Positions 29,784-39,268 of a stretch of DNA of 64,000 bases are shown here, piece after piece. Origin of the DNA: Fimbriimonadia bacterium (GTDB lineage Bacteria > Armatimonadota > Fimbriimonadia > Fimbriimonadales > JABRVX01). Position 1 is the first letter of the stretch. The number at the start of each line of letters is the position of its first letter. The DNA lies in contig JBGPGO010000005.1 in the NCBI GenBank assembly GCA_041483895.1, positions 128,001 through 192,000 of the forward strand, read 5' to 3'. The notes below the pieces were generated by a model. It had not been told where the DNA came from. It worked only from the letters and a program-made list of their open reading frames with translations, and searched no databases. The translations under genes were made by a program, and so were the position numbers.

Positions 29784-30832
29784 CTCAGTTCTTGGATTCG
29801 GATGTTGCGATATTCAATGCGGCCGGGAGGACCGTTATGAGAATCTTGGAGACCGATATATCCTCGCATGGGCTTCTCGGCGATCGCGGGCACTTTATCC
29901 ATGTCAACGTCCACGCATGTTACGCCGTCGCAAGTCACCGTGATCTTCTTGCCGGCACAGCGAATATCGTAGTGATGCCATACGTCGTTGGTTTCGGATG
30001 GCCGCGGATGCACTGAGACAGTTCCATAGAGTGAACCGGTGCAGTGCATGTCATCGCGTGGCTCGTTCGATATCTGGACTTCATGGCCCGTCTCCCACGG
30101 ATTGGCCTCCGCATCGCAACGCAGAAATACGCCGCTGTTCCCGTTTTTTGAGACGCGCCAATCCAGACGCAGATCGAAGTCGCCGTACTGTTTGCGCGAT
30201 CGCAACCATAGTCCGTTCCTGCCGCTTTCGCTGACGATCTCCCCATTGCACACCATGAAGCCCAACGGATCGCCGACTACGATCCAATCGTCCAAATTGT
30301 CGCCATCAAATAAAGACGTGAAACCGGCTTCAACAGCAAGTTTCGCTTTGGTATGAAACAGCACACCGGCGGGAATCTCTTTCTTGTCGACACCGGGTCC
30401 AGAGTAGCTCACCTTCAACGCAAATTCTCCGCCACCTTGTTGGTAGCGCAGCACGATCGTGTGCATGCCGGCGGCCAGGCCGACCTCGGCGGACTGTTCC
30501 CCCTTGTCCCAATTGCTCATGATTGCCACGCCGCCAATCCGAAGCTCGCTTGTATCATCCGACTGCACAAAGAAGTGGTATGTGCCGGGTTTATCGATTC
30601 GGATATAGCCTTCGAGGCGCAGCCCGAAATCATAGTTGCGACGCATCGGGTAGGTGCTGAATGTCGCCACGGTCCCGGTGGCCACCGGATCCAAATGATC
30701 CAGCAAGCGCGCGTCCTGTGGAACGCCCTGGTAGTAGACATAATGAAGACCCGGCGCGACGTTCCCCAGCTTTTCCGCTGGAACTAGACCGGTTTGCGCC
30801 GCCGCGGCCAACAGAAGGAGAAGTACATTCAT
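29780..30832 (-). CDS. Secreted PA14 + DUF1080 (3-keto-disaccharide hydrolase-like) protein
   Basis: Signal peptide; PGTYHFFVQSDD (PA14); SLFDG, NSGVFLR, EVQI, GYIGLQDSH, YRNIRI. Confidence 0.88.
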   Translation of the reverse strand: MNVLLLLLAAAAQTGLVPAEKLGNVAPGLHYVYYQGVPQDARLLDHLDPVATGTVATFSTYPMRRNYDFGLRLEGYIRIDKPGTYHFFVQSDDTSELRIGGVAIMSNWDKGEQSAEVGLAAGMHTIVLRYQQGGGEFALKVSYSGPGVDKKEIPAGVLFHTKAKLAVEAGFTSLFDGDNLDDWIVVGDPLGFMVCNGEIVSESGRNGLWLRSRKQYGDFDLRLDWRVSKNGNSGVFLRCDAEANPWETGHEVQISNEPRDDMHCTGSLYGTVSVHPRPSETNDVWHHYDIRCAGKKITVTCDGVTCVDVDMDKVPAIAEKPMRGYIGLQDSHNGPPGRIEYRNIRIQELR

Positions 30833-30839
30833 ATTCGCC

Positions 30840-31214
30840 CTATTCGCCGGCTGTTCGGGATTTCCTGGCCGGGTTCCAGCCAGTCCGGTTCCGGACCATG
30901 ACAAACTGGACCGCCAGCATCTCGGTCCGCCCTTCCAGGTAGGCCTTCGCGACCCGATGGCTGCCGTCCATCAGCATGCCGTCCGCCGACAAAATGATTG
31001 GCCGGGATAGGTCGGCGTCGAGGATTCGCTTCACGTGATCGGCCACGTGGCGGCAAGTCGGCAAACGCTCATCGTCGAACCAACAGTTTTGATCAAACTC
31101 GCGAATATCTGCGATGAAGACAGTCCTAGTGGGAAGGTCCACCGCGGCCTTCCAGAAATTCTCCGTCCACCAGAACTTTCTTCCCCCAGGCGTAAGTCGT
31201 GAATGTCTTGCCAT
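30840..31214 (-). CDS. Small ParB/Srx-like domain protein
   Basis: ADLSRPIILSADGMLMDGSHRVAKA. Confidence 0.65.
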   Translation of the reverse strand: MARHSRLTPGGRKFWWTENFWKAAVDLPTRTVFIADIREFDQNCWFDDERLPTCRHVADHVKRILDADLSRPIILSADGMLMDGSHRVAKAYLEGRTEMLAVQFVMVRNRTGWNPARKSRTAGE

Positions 31215-31274
31215 GCGAAAATGAAAAGGACCTCGCTGTCGCGGCGCCGGCCCCGCATACTCCAACTAGATTGA

Positions 31275-32054
31275 CTAAAACTCGTACTCCATGATGAAAT
31301 GAAACTGATCGGAATTGTCTTCCCGGTTGTTGATCGCGAATGCGTACGTGCCAAGAACGTTGAAGTTCTTACTCGCGCGATATACCAACGTTGGACCTAA
31401 CAGCATGTCGTGTCCCGAATCATGGAGATCGCGCACGAATTCAAAACCCCCGCGAAGTCCGGGCATGTACTCCAACTCCCCATACCCGTGCTCCTCATGA
31501 CCTTCAAATTTGCCATTCAGAGGCCGCACGTAACCCAATGTCAACTCGCTGTCAGTCGACTTGTTATCACCCTCGAGGTTTTGACCCACATTGACATTGA
31601 TCGTAAGGTCGCCGCCATCGTGGAAATAGACCGTCGAGATGAATTTTAGTTCGCCATGCGAATCCTCGTTTTTTGGCTTCTCAAATTCGAAGTTCAGCGC
31701 CGGCAGAATTCGGTCATAGTGGAAATCACCGAAGTTCAATCGAAGTTCCCCGTCAAACCCCTCGTACTTCAGCTCTTCGCCGTTGTCGCGAACGTACATG
31801 ATCCCCGGTTCGAATGCGATATGGTCTGTGATGCCATACTCGAACTCAAACTCCTGCACATACTGCTTCGTCTTATTGAAGAAGTGGCTGCGCGATTCAA
31901 TCTCTTTCTCACCCTTGTATGGGAGGAAAAAATCACGACTCAGTGTAAAATCGCGGTGATGGGCCCCCGCCCGTGGCGCGGCAAAAAGGAAACCGCCGGA
32001 TATTAGCGTTATCCAAGCCAATCCAATGGCAGTCCGACCGTTGAAAACCCTCAT
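31275..32054 (-). CDS. Putative outer-membrane beta-barrel protein
   Basis: AAGGAGG RBS, signal peptide, alternating strands (EFEYGITD), C-terminal FIMEYEF. Confidence 0.72.
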   Translation of the reverse strand: MRVFNGRTAIGLAWITLISGGFLFAAPRAGAHHRDFTLSRDFFLPYKGEKEIESRSHFFNKTKQYVQEFEFEYGITDHIAFEPGIMYVRDNGEELKYEGFDGELRLNFGDFHYDRILPALNFEFEKPKNEDSHGELKFISTVYFHDGGDLTINVNVGQNLEGDNKSTDSELTLGYVRPLNGKFEGHEEHGYGELEYMPGLRGGFEFVRDLHDSGHDMLLGPTLVYRASKNFNVLGTYAFAINNREDNSDQFHFIMEYEF

Positions 32055-32144
32055 GCAATCCTCCTTGATCTGGCAATTCACGCCAATTCTGACCAGTGTA
32101 GCACCTTCCACACGCCATTTCAAGCTGAATTTCAGCGTTTTGAC

Positions 32145-32726
32145 CTATCCGTCCACCGCTCCCAATGGGTGATCGCCTCCGTGCCGGCGAATGAGCTCGT
32201 CGTGCACGCGCTGAATCAGATCCGATTTTTGCACGTTTATTCCCGGACAATTGTGCGTTGTCTTCGGATCCTCTTTATGGAAATGAATCGTGTGGGAATC
32301 GATGCCGGCGGCGGCATGCAGCGTAGCGAGCGCAGAAACCGCATTGTCCCGGACCTTGGCACCCGAACCCGTGTCGAACGCCTCTGTGCTATAGTCTCCC
32401 ACCATTTCCACGCCCCAGGAAATCGCGTTCCATGACGGCGAATGGACGCCGGAAGTTGTTAGGTGCGTGAACACCCAAATGAGATCGTCCGCAACAAATA
32501 GATGCGGCCCCGCCGACCACTTGTGCGTGTCCCGATAAAAGTGTTCCAGGTTCTTCATCCGCTGCTCCCCCGAAACAGAATGCCACTGGGAAAGTTTGGG
32601 CGATCCTGTGTTATGAACCACCACAAACGACGGCCGCCAAGCCGGAAATACCAGCGTTTCAACATATTCCTCAAATTCGTCTGGAGAAAACTCCCGGCCG
32701 ACGATGCCCTTCCATTTTGCCACCAC
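32145..32726 (-). CDS. N-acetylmuramoyl-L-alanine amidase (Amidase_2/PGRP-like)
   Basis: VVVHNT, GPHLF, GVHS..WN..GVEMVGDY, HFH..CPG. Confidence 0.88.
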   Translation of the reverse strand: MVAKWKGIVGREFSPDEFEEYVETLVFPAWRPSFVVVHNTGSPKLSQWHSVSGEQRMKNLEHFYRDTHKWSAGPHLFVADDLIWVFTHLTTSGVHSPSWNAISWGVEMVGDYSTEAFDTGSGAKVRDNAVSALATLHAAAGIDSHTIHFHKEDPKTTHNCPGINVQKSDLIQRVHDELIRRHGGDHPLGAVDG

Positions 32727-32734
32727 ACACCCCC

Positions 32735-34678
32735 TTACATTCGCGCCTTGATTCGATTGAGAATTTCGTTTCGCGTCGCAGCGTCTTCGTCGAAGCCCCC
32801 ATGCGATGTGGACTGCGACAAAAACCCGTCCTGATTTCTATCTTGGCACGAGGTAATAAAATCCCACGTCGCAATATCGGCTGGCCGGTTCTGCTTTGCA
32901 GCATCGGAATACCGTTGCATTCCCAAAATCGGCGTCTGCTTCTTATGCTCGCAAGCATTGGAAACTAAGTACAAGAGTGAGCGGTTGTATGGCAATGGAT
33001 GGCAGTTATCATCCTGCTCTTGCCTTTCGCTCAGTTGAAATTGCGTATAGCAGTTAACGCCATGATTGCCAAAGCAAGGTCGAACGATCTGATCGAAAAG
33101 ATCCACTCGGATTGCCGGAGCCATCAGGTAGATGCCGTCAACATGGAATCCGGCCTGTAGCATCGGCTGCAGCAGATGCGCGTGAAAATTCGCGCCCGCG
33201 CTGTGTCCAATCAGGTGAAATCGCAACCGATCCTTGACCTCTTCCGCCCTTTCCCGAAACGCCTCATATAGGATGCGAATCCCGCCGTCCGGATTCCGTG
33301 TTGCCTGCGCGGCGTTCTCTTTGATCTCGTCCCAGCTCGCGGTTCCCAATGCGGAGCAGAGCTGCTCGATGCGGTCATCTTTCCAATCCGTGAGCTTGTC
33401 CCAAAACGCGCCCGCCGCGGGCCGCGAGTCGATGCCGAAGAACTCCTCAATCATGTACTTTAGGACCTGCTGCCATCCGGTTTCCCACATGAAGAAAACG
33501 GGGAAAACTCCGGCGGCGTGCAGCGCCGGCACCCAACATTTCGCGGTGTCCTCCGCCGCGGCCTCGTCTACCAACCCGCCGTGCGCGTAGAGCGCAACAT
33601 CGATCTTGCCATTGTGCTCGTATTGGCTCCGCTCACTAAGGAGATAGTTCGAGACCAGATCGAGCAGATCGTGGGGCGCCGTTCGGAACTTGCCGCTCGA
33701 GGACAGTCTGCCGTTGTTTTCCAGATCGACAATGTATGGATTAACTTCCTGCGCCGCAACGCTTGAGTCAGACGAGAGTACGGAAACTCTTCCCGCGACC
33801 GGCGCGGTGAGGCCCGCCGGAAGTTGGTCCGTCGCCCGGCTGATATGCACTCCCAGTTGGCCCACCCAGGCGTCCATCCCGTTCGCTTGCCAGTCCATAT
33901 ATGTGAGGCGCGCAAACCCCCGCATCCCCCAATCCGGCCCCCACGAATTCTGAATCCAAAACCCATGCTCGTCGTAACCGACGATAAGATAGGCGTGACC
34001 TCGAACCACACCATCGGATTCCGACGTCTGATCCGGCAGATAGATTTGGCCATCCCGCGGCTTGTCCCATCCAGAATGGACTTTCGAGGTCACGTAGATG
34101 GCGCCGGTCTCGGTCAGTGCCGCGTGCATGTCGGGAATCGAGGTGTGATCGACCCGATAGTACGCGCCGAGGGGCCGGAAGAACGCGTCTTGCACCCATT
34201 CTCGCTGAAACAGCGGTGGCTCGGTCCTCACATAAGCATCCGGCCGATCCGGATAGGGTAGCCACGGATCCAAATCCCAAAACCGCTCCGATTTCCAATA
34301 TTTCAGGGCGCACGCGCCGTGCTTGTGCCATGCGCGCATCGCCCCCCGCGCGGTAGAACCCGCGGTCGGATCGTCGGTGGACAACTCGTCGTATTTTCGG
34401 GCAAAGAAGAACAGCATGTACGGCGAAACCGGTTCCTCGTACGTGCGGGCGATCGTTTGCAGCCGCTCCACCAGGCAAGCCAGCGCAAAGCCGGTGCAGG
34501 CCATCGTTTGACCCTGGTCCTTGATGCCGGCGACGAGGTTCCGATCATCGAAGGGCCGGCTGTTCAGCTCGCGCGGCAAGGCCTTCAGAGTCGGGCTGTA
34601 CATCCGATCCCTCAGATCGATCGGATCCGGATAGACATTGATCTGCCGAGACGGTCCGCTCATTTTCACCCCCCGCAT
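32735..34678 (-). CDS. Papain-like (C1A) cysteine peptidase fused to an alpha/beta-hydrolase domain
   Basis: DQGQTMACTGF, GHAY, IQNSWG; YAHGGL, LIGHSAG, SHGGFD. Confidence 0.88.
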   Translation of the reverse strand: MRGVKMSGPSRQINVYPDPIDLRDRMYSPTLKALPRELNSRPFDDRNLVAGIKDQGQTMACTGFALACLVERLQTIARTYEEPVSPYMLFFFARKYDELSTDDPTAGSTARGAMRAWHKHGACALKYWKSERFWDLDPWLPYPDRPDAYVRTEPPLFQREWVQDAFFRPLGAYYRVDHTSIPDMHAALTETGAIYVTSKVHSGWDKPRDGQIYLPDQTSESDGVVRGHAYLIVGYDEHGFWIQNSWGPDWGMRGFARLTYMDWQANGMDAWVGQLGVHISRATDQLPAGLTAPVAGRVSVLSSDSSVAAQEVNPYIVDLENNGRLSSSGKFRTAPHDLLDLVSNYLLSERSQYEHNGKIDVALYAHGGLVDEAAAEDTAKCWVPALHAAGVFPVFFMWETGWQQVLKYMIEEFFGIDSRPAAGAFWDKLTDWKDDRIEQLCSALGTASWDEIKENAAQATRNPDGGIRILYEAFRERAEEVKDRLRFHLIGHSAGANFHAHLLQPMLQAGFHVDGIYLMAPAIRVDLFDQIVRPCFGNHGVNCYTQFQLSERQEQDDNCHPLPYNRSLLYLVSNACEHKKQTPILGMQRYSDAAKQNRPADIATWDFITSCQDRNQDGFLSQSTSHGGFDEDAATRNEILNRIKARM

Positions 34679-34800
34679 CGTTACCTGGCAACTGCCGTAC
34701 TCTGCAGTTCACGCCCGGTTTTTCCGGTTCCTGCGTCACAATTGGCCGAATAATAAGAATAACTGGAAACATTAGAACCTATACTAGAAGAATGTCTACT

Positions 34801-34830
34801 ATTATAACCTAACCGTCTACCATTTGTCAA
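34801..34830 (-). promoter_or_regulatory. Consensus sigma70 promoter upstream of the peptidase-amidase pair
   Basis: Minus strand TTGACA-N18-TATAAT. Confidence 0.75.
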
Positions 34831-34878
34831 GCCTTTCGACCAGTCAGCCAAAATGCCATAATCGACAACCCAACCAAC

Positions 34879-37137
34879 ATGCCTGAAAAGCCTTCCGTCC
34901 TCATCGTCGGTCCCATCCCGCCTCCCGTTGGTGGAGTGGAGACTCAAATCACCGCGCTGCTCGAGTCGCCGCTCAACGAGCGGTTTGATCTGATTCATTG
35001 CAACACGAGCAAAGGCCGGCCGAAACAGACCCAGGGCCGGTTCGATGCTGGGAACGTGGCGTGGGCGCTCCGGCATTTTCGGCGTCTGTCCAACGACCTG
35101 AAGACGCACAAGCCGGACATTGTCTACATGCCGATCTCCTCGACCCTCTCCGGGTTCCTGCGCGATTCCATCTTCGTCCGAATCATCAACCGACACAAGA
35201 ACCTGCTTGTCGGGCATGTGCACGGGGGAGATTTCGACCGCCTCTATCAGGCGTCGAGCCCCATGCTTCGCAAACATATCGTCCGCACGCTCAATCGAAA
35301 CGACGTGATCTGCGCCCTGGGAACCATGTGGAAACGGCTGTTCTGGGATGTCCGCGTCCGCGCCGAAGTTCGGATCGTTCCGCCGACCACGCGGGAAGAG
35401 GTGTTTGATCGAGGGGCGCAGGTCAAGCGGTCGCCGGAAAACGTGGACGGCCGTGTCACCGTGCTGTTTGTCGGTCAGGTTGGGAAGCGGAAAGGCGCCT
35501 TCGACATTTTGGACGCGGCAAAAAGAATCCGCGCGGAGGCCCCGCAGAGTCGGCTGCTAATGGTTGGGCCGGATGAGTTTGCCGGAGAATGGGATCAGGT
35601 GATGGCGAAGGTCAAGCGGCTTGGCCTCACAGACTATATCGAGTTCACCGGTCCGTTGCAGGGAGAAGACCTGCTGCAGACCTACGTGCGGGGCGATTTG
35701 CTGCTGCTACCGTCCTATCATGAGGGGTTTCCTGCCGTCCTGATCGAGGCGGGCGCGTTTGGCCAGCCGGTCATCACTACCCCTGTCGGCGCGATTGCCG
35801 ATTACGTGACCGAGGGAGAGAACGGATTCCTTGTGCAGCCCGGCAATTCCGATGAGATTGCGGACCGTGTGATCCGGCTCTGCAACGACCCGGCCCTTCG
35901 ATACGCGATGGGGCAGCGCAATCGGGAGGAGGCGCAGGGATATCACCCCGTATCGATCGCGGAACGGGTTGGAGATGCGCTGCAGGCGGCACTGGATCTC
36001 CCACCCACACGACGCGCATTGGCAATACGGCCGCGTGTGCTCTTGGTAGGTCCCGTCCCTCCTCCGGTAGGCGGCGTGGAATCCGTGACGCACAGTCTAT
36101 TGGATTCGGAACTTCGTTTCGATTTCAATCTAACCCACTGCGACATATCGCGCAAGCAGACGAAGGAGTTCGTCAGCCGAATCACCGTGCGGAACATATA
36201 TTGGGCGGCAAAATACACCCTGCGATTCATGGGCATGGTGATCTGGAATCGGCCGCATTTGGTTCATTCACCCATCGTCAGCCTGCCCGTGCCGTTTACG
36301 CGTGACGCATGGTTCGCGATATGGGCCTGGATGTGCGGCAGAAAGCTGGTCCTGCATAGTCATGATGGCTACCTGCCGGAGGTGTACAACCGATCGTCTC
36401 CCCTGCGGCGAAGATTCATGAAGTTTGTTTTCAACCGGGCGAAGCGGCTCATTACCATCTCCGAAACATGGGAGCGATTCTTCTCCGATTGGGGCCTTAA
36501 ATGCCCCATAGATACTGTTTATAATCCGTTGGATCAAAAAATGTACGAGATGCTGAGCGAGCCAAATTGTCATCCTTCACATCCGTGGACCGCGCTGTTC
36601 GTCGGCGCGATCTGCCGGGACAAGGGTGCGCTTGATCTTTTGAACGCTGCGGACGCGGTGCTGAAAACGCATCCGGACGCCCGATTTCTGTTGGTCGGGC
36701 CGGGCCGGTTTGTTGGGGAATGGGACATGGTGCAGCGCGAGCGGGAGAAGATGGGCCTAACCGATAAAGTGGAGATGCCGGGGAGCCTTTCGCTGGAGCC
36801 GCTCGCAGATGCATATCGCAATGCGAACTGTTTTGTGCTTCCCACCTATTTCGAGGGGATGCCCGTGGTGTTGGTGGAGGCGATGGCCGCGGGACTGCCG
36901 ATTATTACGACCGACGTGGGCGGAATTAAAGATTTGGTAGAGGACGGCGTGAACGGCTATATCATTCGGCCGGGAGACACCGAGGCGCTGACAAGAAAGC
37001 TGCTTGATCTCGTCGAGCGGCCCGACGGAATCGATCGGATGGCGGCGGTCAATCGCAAGAAGATTGAAGATCAGTATTTGCAGAGCGCGATTGCCGCGAA
37101 GGTCGCCGAGGTGTATCGGAAGGCATTGCGGCGTTGA
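34879..37137 (+). CDS. Tandem double GT4 glycosyltransferase
   Basis: Two halves each starting VLxVGPxPPPVGGVE, with EGFPAVLIEA and EGMPVVLVEA. Confidence 0.92.
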   Translation: MPEKPSVLIVGPIPPPVGGVETQITALLESPLNERFDLIHCNTSKGRPKQTQGRFDAGNVAWALRHFRRLSNDLKTHKPDIVYMPISSTLSGFLRDSIFVRIINRHKNLLVGHVHGGDFDRLYQASSPMLRKHIVRTLNRNDVICALGTMWKRLFWDVRVRAEVRIVPPTTREEVFDRGAQVKRSPENVDGRVTVLFVGQVGKRKGAFDILDAAKRIRAEAPQSRLLMVGPDEFAGEWDQVMAKVKRLGLTDYIEFTGPLQGEDLLQTYVRGDLLLLPSYHEGFPAVLIEAGAFGQPVITTPVGAIADYVTEGENGFLVQPGNSDEIADRVIRLCNDPALRYAMGQRNREEAQGYHPVSIAERVGDALQAALDLPPTRRALAIRPRVLLVGPVPPPVGGVESVTHSLLDSELRFDFNLTHCDISRKQTKEFVSRITVRNIYWAAKYTLRFMGMVIWNRPHLVHSPIVSLPVPFTRDAWFAIWAWMCGRKLVLHSHDGYLPEVYNRSSPLRRRFMKFVFNRAKRLITISETWERFFSDWGLKCPIDTVYNPLDQKMYEMLSEPNCHPSHPWTALFVGAICRDKGALDLLNAADAVLKTHPDARFLLVGPGRFVGEWDMVQREREKMGLTDKVEMPGSLSLEPLADAYRNANCFVLPTYFEGMPVVLVEAMAAGLPIITTDVGGIKDLVEDGVNGYIIRPGDTEALTRKLLDLVERPDGIDRMAAVNRKKIEDQYLQSAIAAKVAEVYRKALRR

Positions 37138-39047
37138 GTTTCGACTGGTATTGGCGTCGGCTTCGGGCGATGGGCGCGGGAGAAATTGCGACTCGCGTTC
37201 GCCGGAAGGTGCGGGACAAATACTTCCCCGCCCGGTATCACAAAATGACGGCGGAGCAGGCGTTCCATCACTTTTTTCCCTCGGACCCGGTCGTCCCTCT
37301 AGTGCCAGACGGTCTGTTCGAACTACTGCTCGCTAGCCCCCACCGCAACCCTCCCCCGCAAGCGGGGGAGGGAGTCCTTCCGACGGATGCGACCGGTCTC
37401 CTGACCGAGTCGCAAGTTGATCTTCGGTCTCCCGACCGCATGGGTACGGCCGAGCTGCTTGGGATCACCCTGTTCGGAACCCGTGTCACGCTCGACGATC
37501 CGCCGAACTGGCGCAAGAACTATATCACCGGACAGGAGTGGCCGGACGCCCCATCGCATGACATCGACTACCACAGCATCGATATCGCGGGCGGGGTGAA
37601 ATATGTGTGGGAGCCCAGCCGCCATCAAGTGCTGACCGCGATGGCGTATCGCTACTACCGGACAAGCGATGAAGAGCTGAAGCAAATGCATGTCCGTTGG
37701 CTGGAGGACTGGATCGCCAAGAACCCGGTGGACCACGGGATTCACTGGACCAGCGCATTGGAGATGGCGGTGCGGATCATCGTCTGGACGTGGAGTATCG
37801 CGCTGATCGATGCGAAGAGCGGCTATCCGAAAGAAACGCTGCGGCGCGCGCTGGGATCGATGGCGCAGCAGGCCGCGCATATCGAAGAAAATCTTTCGTT
37901 CGGCTCGTCGGCCAACAACCATCTGATCGGGGAGTCCTGCGCGCTCACATTCTTCGGCGCGGCCTGGCCCCAATGCAAGATGGCGGGAAAATGGAAACGG
38001 ACCGGATTGGCGATTGCCACGCGGGAATGCTTGCGACAGATCTATCCGGATGGAGTGCCGGCGGAGCAGGCATTTGGATATCTGCCGTTCGTGTGGGAGT
38101 TCTATCTGCACCTCGCCCTCGCTGGAATTGCGCTGCCGCCCAACGTGGTCGAGCGTCTTGGGACCAGCATTCGCTTCATCGATCAGGTTGCCGATTCGTC
38201 AGGATATGTTCCGCAGGTCGGCGACGAGGATGATGGGTCGGTGGTGGCCTATTACGGCACGGGCTGGCCGCGATATGAGACGGTTGCGCACGGGATGCGG
38301 GCCGCTCTCGACACACCGCTTTTGCCTGGAGGTAAGGCCGCGGGGGTCATGGAATTTCCCGACGGCGGATACACGGTTTTGCGAGCATCCGATCCGGAGA
38401 TGGTAGCGGTGTTCGATCACGGCCCGCTGGGTCTCGGCTCTCTCGCCGCGCATGGCCATGCGGACGCGCTATCGATCACGCTATCCGTGGATGGCCAGCC
38501 TGTCCTCGTCGATCCAGGCGTGTATGCGTATCACGAGGACCCTGCATGGCGCGACTATTTCCGCTCCACGCCCGCGCACAACACGGTGACGATCAACGAC
38601 ATGGATCAGGCGCAGATGTTGGGGCCATTTCTGTGGGGCGCGCGCTCGTCCGTGACAAAACTGGCCGATGCCTGGCGAGTCAATCTTCGGGACGAAAATA
38701 AGATTTATCACGACCGGCAGGTGTCGCTGGACGGCCATCGGCTGACGGTATCGGATCGGATCGAGGGGGAATACAGATCGGCGAAGGCGGCATGGCACTT
38801 CCATCCATCCGTTACGGTCGAGCAGGATGATACCGGCCTCATCCTTTCCTGGGACGGCCGCGCGCGATTAAAAATGACGTTCGATCCGAAACCGTTTACG
38901 ATGGAGATCATCCACGGCGAACCATCCCGCAGATATCCAGGTCCCGGTTGGTATTCGCCCTCTTTTGGCCGATTGATCCCAACAACAACCGTTCAAACCC
39001 CCATCGAGGGCTCGCTTTCCACACGGTGCGTACCGCTGAACAACTAG
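37134..39047 (+). CDS. Heparinase II/III-family (alginate lyase-like) protein
   Basis: WEPSRH, ANNHLIGE, HGHADALS, VDPGVYAY, RSTPAHNT. Confidence 0.88.
   Translation: MSFDWYWRRLRAMGAGEIATRVRRKVRDKYFPARYHKMTAEQAFHHFFPSDPVVPLVPDGLFELLLASPHRNPPPQAGEGVLPTDATGLLTESQVDLRSPDRMGTAELLGITLFGTRVTLDDPPNWRKNYITGQEWPDAPSHDIDYHSIDIAGGVKYVWEPSRHQVLTAMAYRYYRTSDEELKQMHVRWLEDWIAKNPVDHGIHWTSALEMAVRIIVWTWSIALIDAKSGYPKETLRRALGSMAQQAAHIEENLSFGSSANNHLIGESCALTFFGAAWPQCKMAGKWKRTGLAIATRECLRQIYPDGVPAEQAFGYLPFVWEFYLHLALAGIALPPNVVERLGTSIRFIDQVADSSGYVPQVGDEDDGSVVAYYGTGWPRYETVAHGMRAALDTPLLPGGKAAGVMEFPDGGYTVLRASDPEMVAVFDHGPLGLGSLAAHGHADALSITLSVDGQPVLVDPGVYAYHEDPAWRDYFRSTPAHNTVTINDMDQAQMLGPFLWGARSSVTKLADAWRVNLRDENKIYHDRQVSLDGHRLTVSDRIEGEYRSAKAAWHFHPSVTVEQDDTGLILSWDGRARLKMTFDPKPFTMEIIHGEPSRRYPGPGWYSPSFGRLIPTTTVQTPIEGSLSTRCVPLNN
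37337..37438 (+). repeat. Mosaic of palindromic repeats inside the heparinase-like gene
   Basis: ccccaccgcaa + ccctcccccgc-aa-gcgggggaggg (37349-37372); cggtctcctgaccg (37394) and cggtctcccgaccg (37425). Confidence 0.7.
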
Positions 39048-39112
39048 GCCGCTGTCGAGCGAACCGGTCGCCCTGCCGAACCGTTTTCAAGCCGGCAGAT
39101 GTTTGTCATTGA

Positions 39113-39129
39113 TTTTTATGACATAAAAA
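39113..39129. promoter_or_regulatory. AT-rich perfect palindrome upstream of propeller module 1
   Basis: TTTTTATG-A-CATAAAAA. Confidence 0.45.
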
Positions 39130-39268
39130 ACAACGACAGACAGTGGGGCCATTTGCCCGGTAGGCTGTACGATAAAAAGGCGGCTGAGGCTCTGAGTTCA
39201 TTCGCCATTCATTTAGCCGAGTTCAAAGTCAAACCAAAGCGGTCACCTCACAGAGAGAGGAGGCTATC

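Noticed and set aside
30840..34678. Prophage remnant (amidase, ParB-like gene)
   Set aside because: No integrase, structural, holin or terminase genes and no att-like repeats seen
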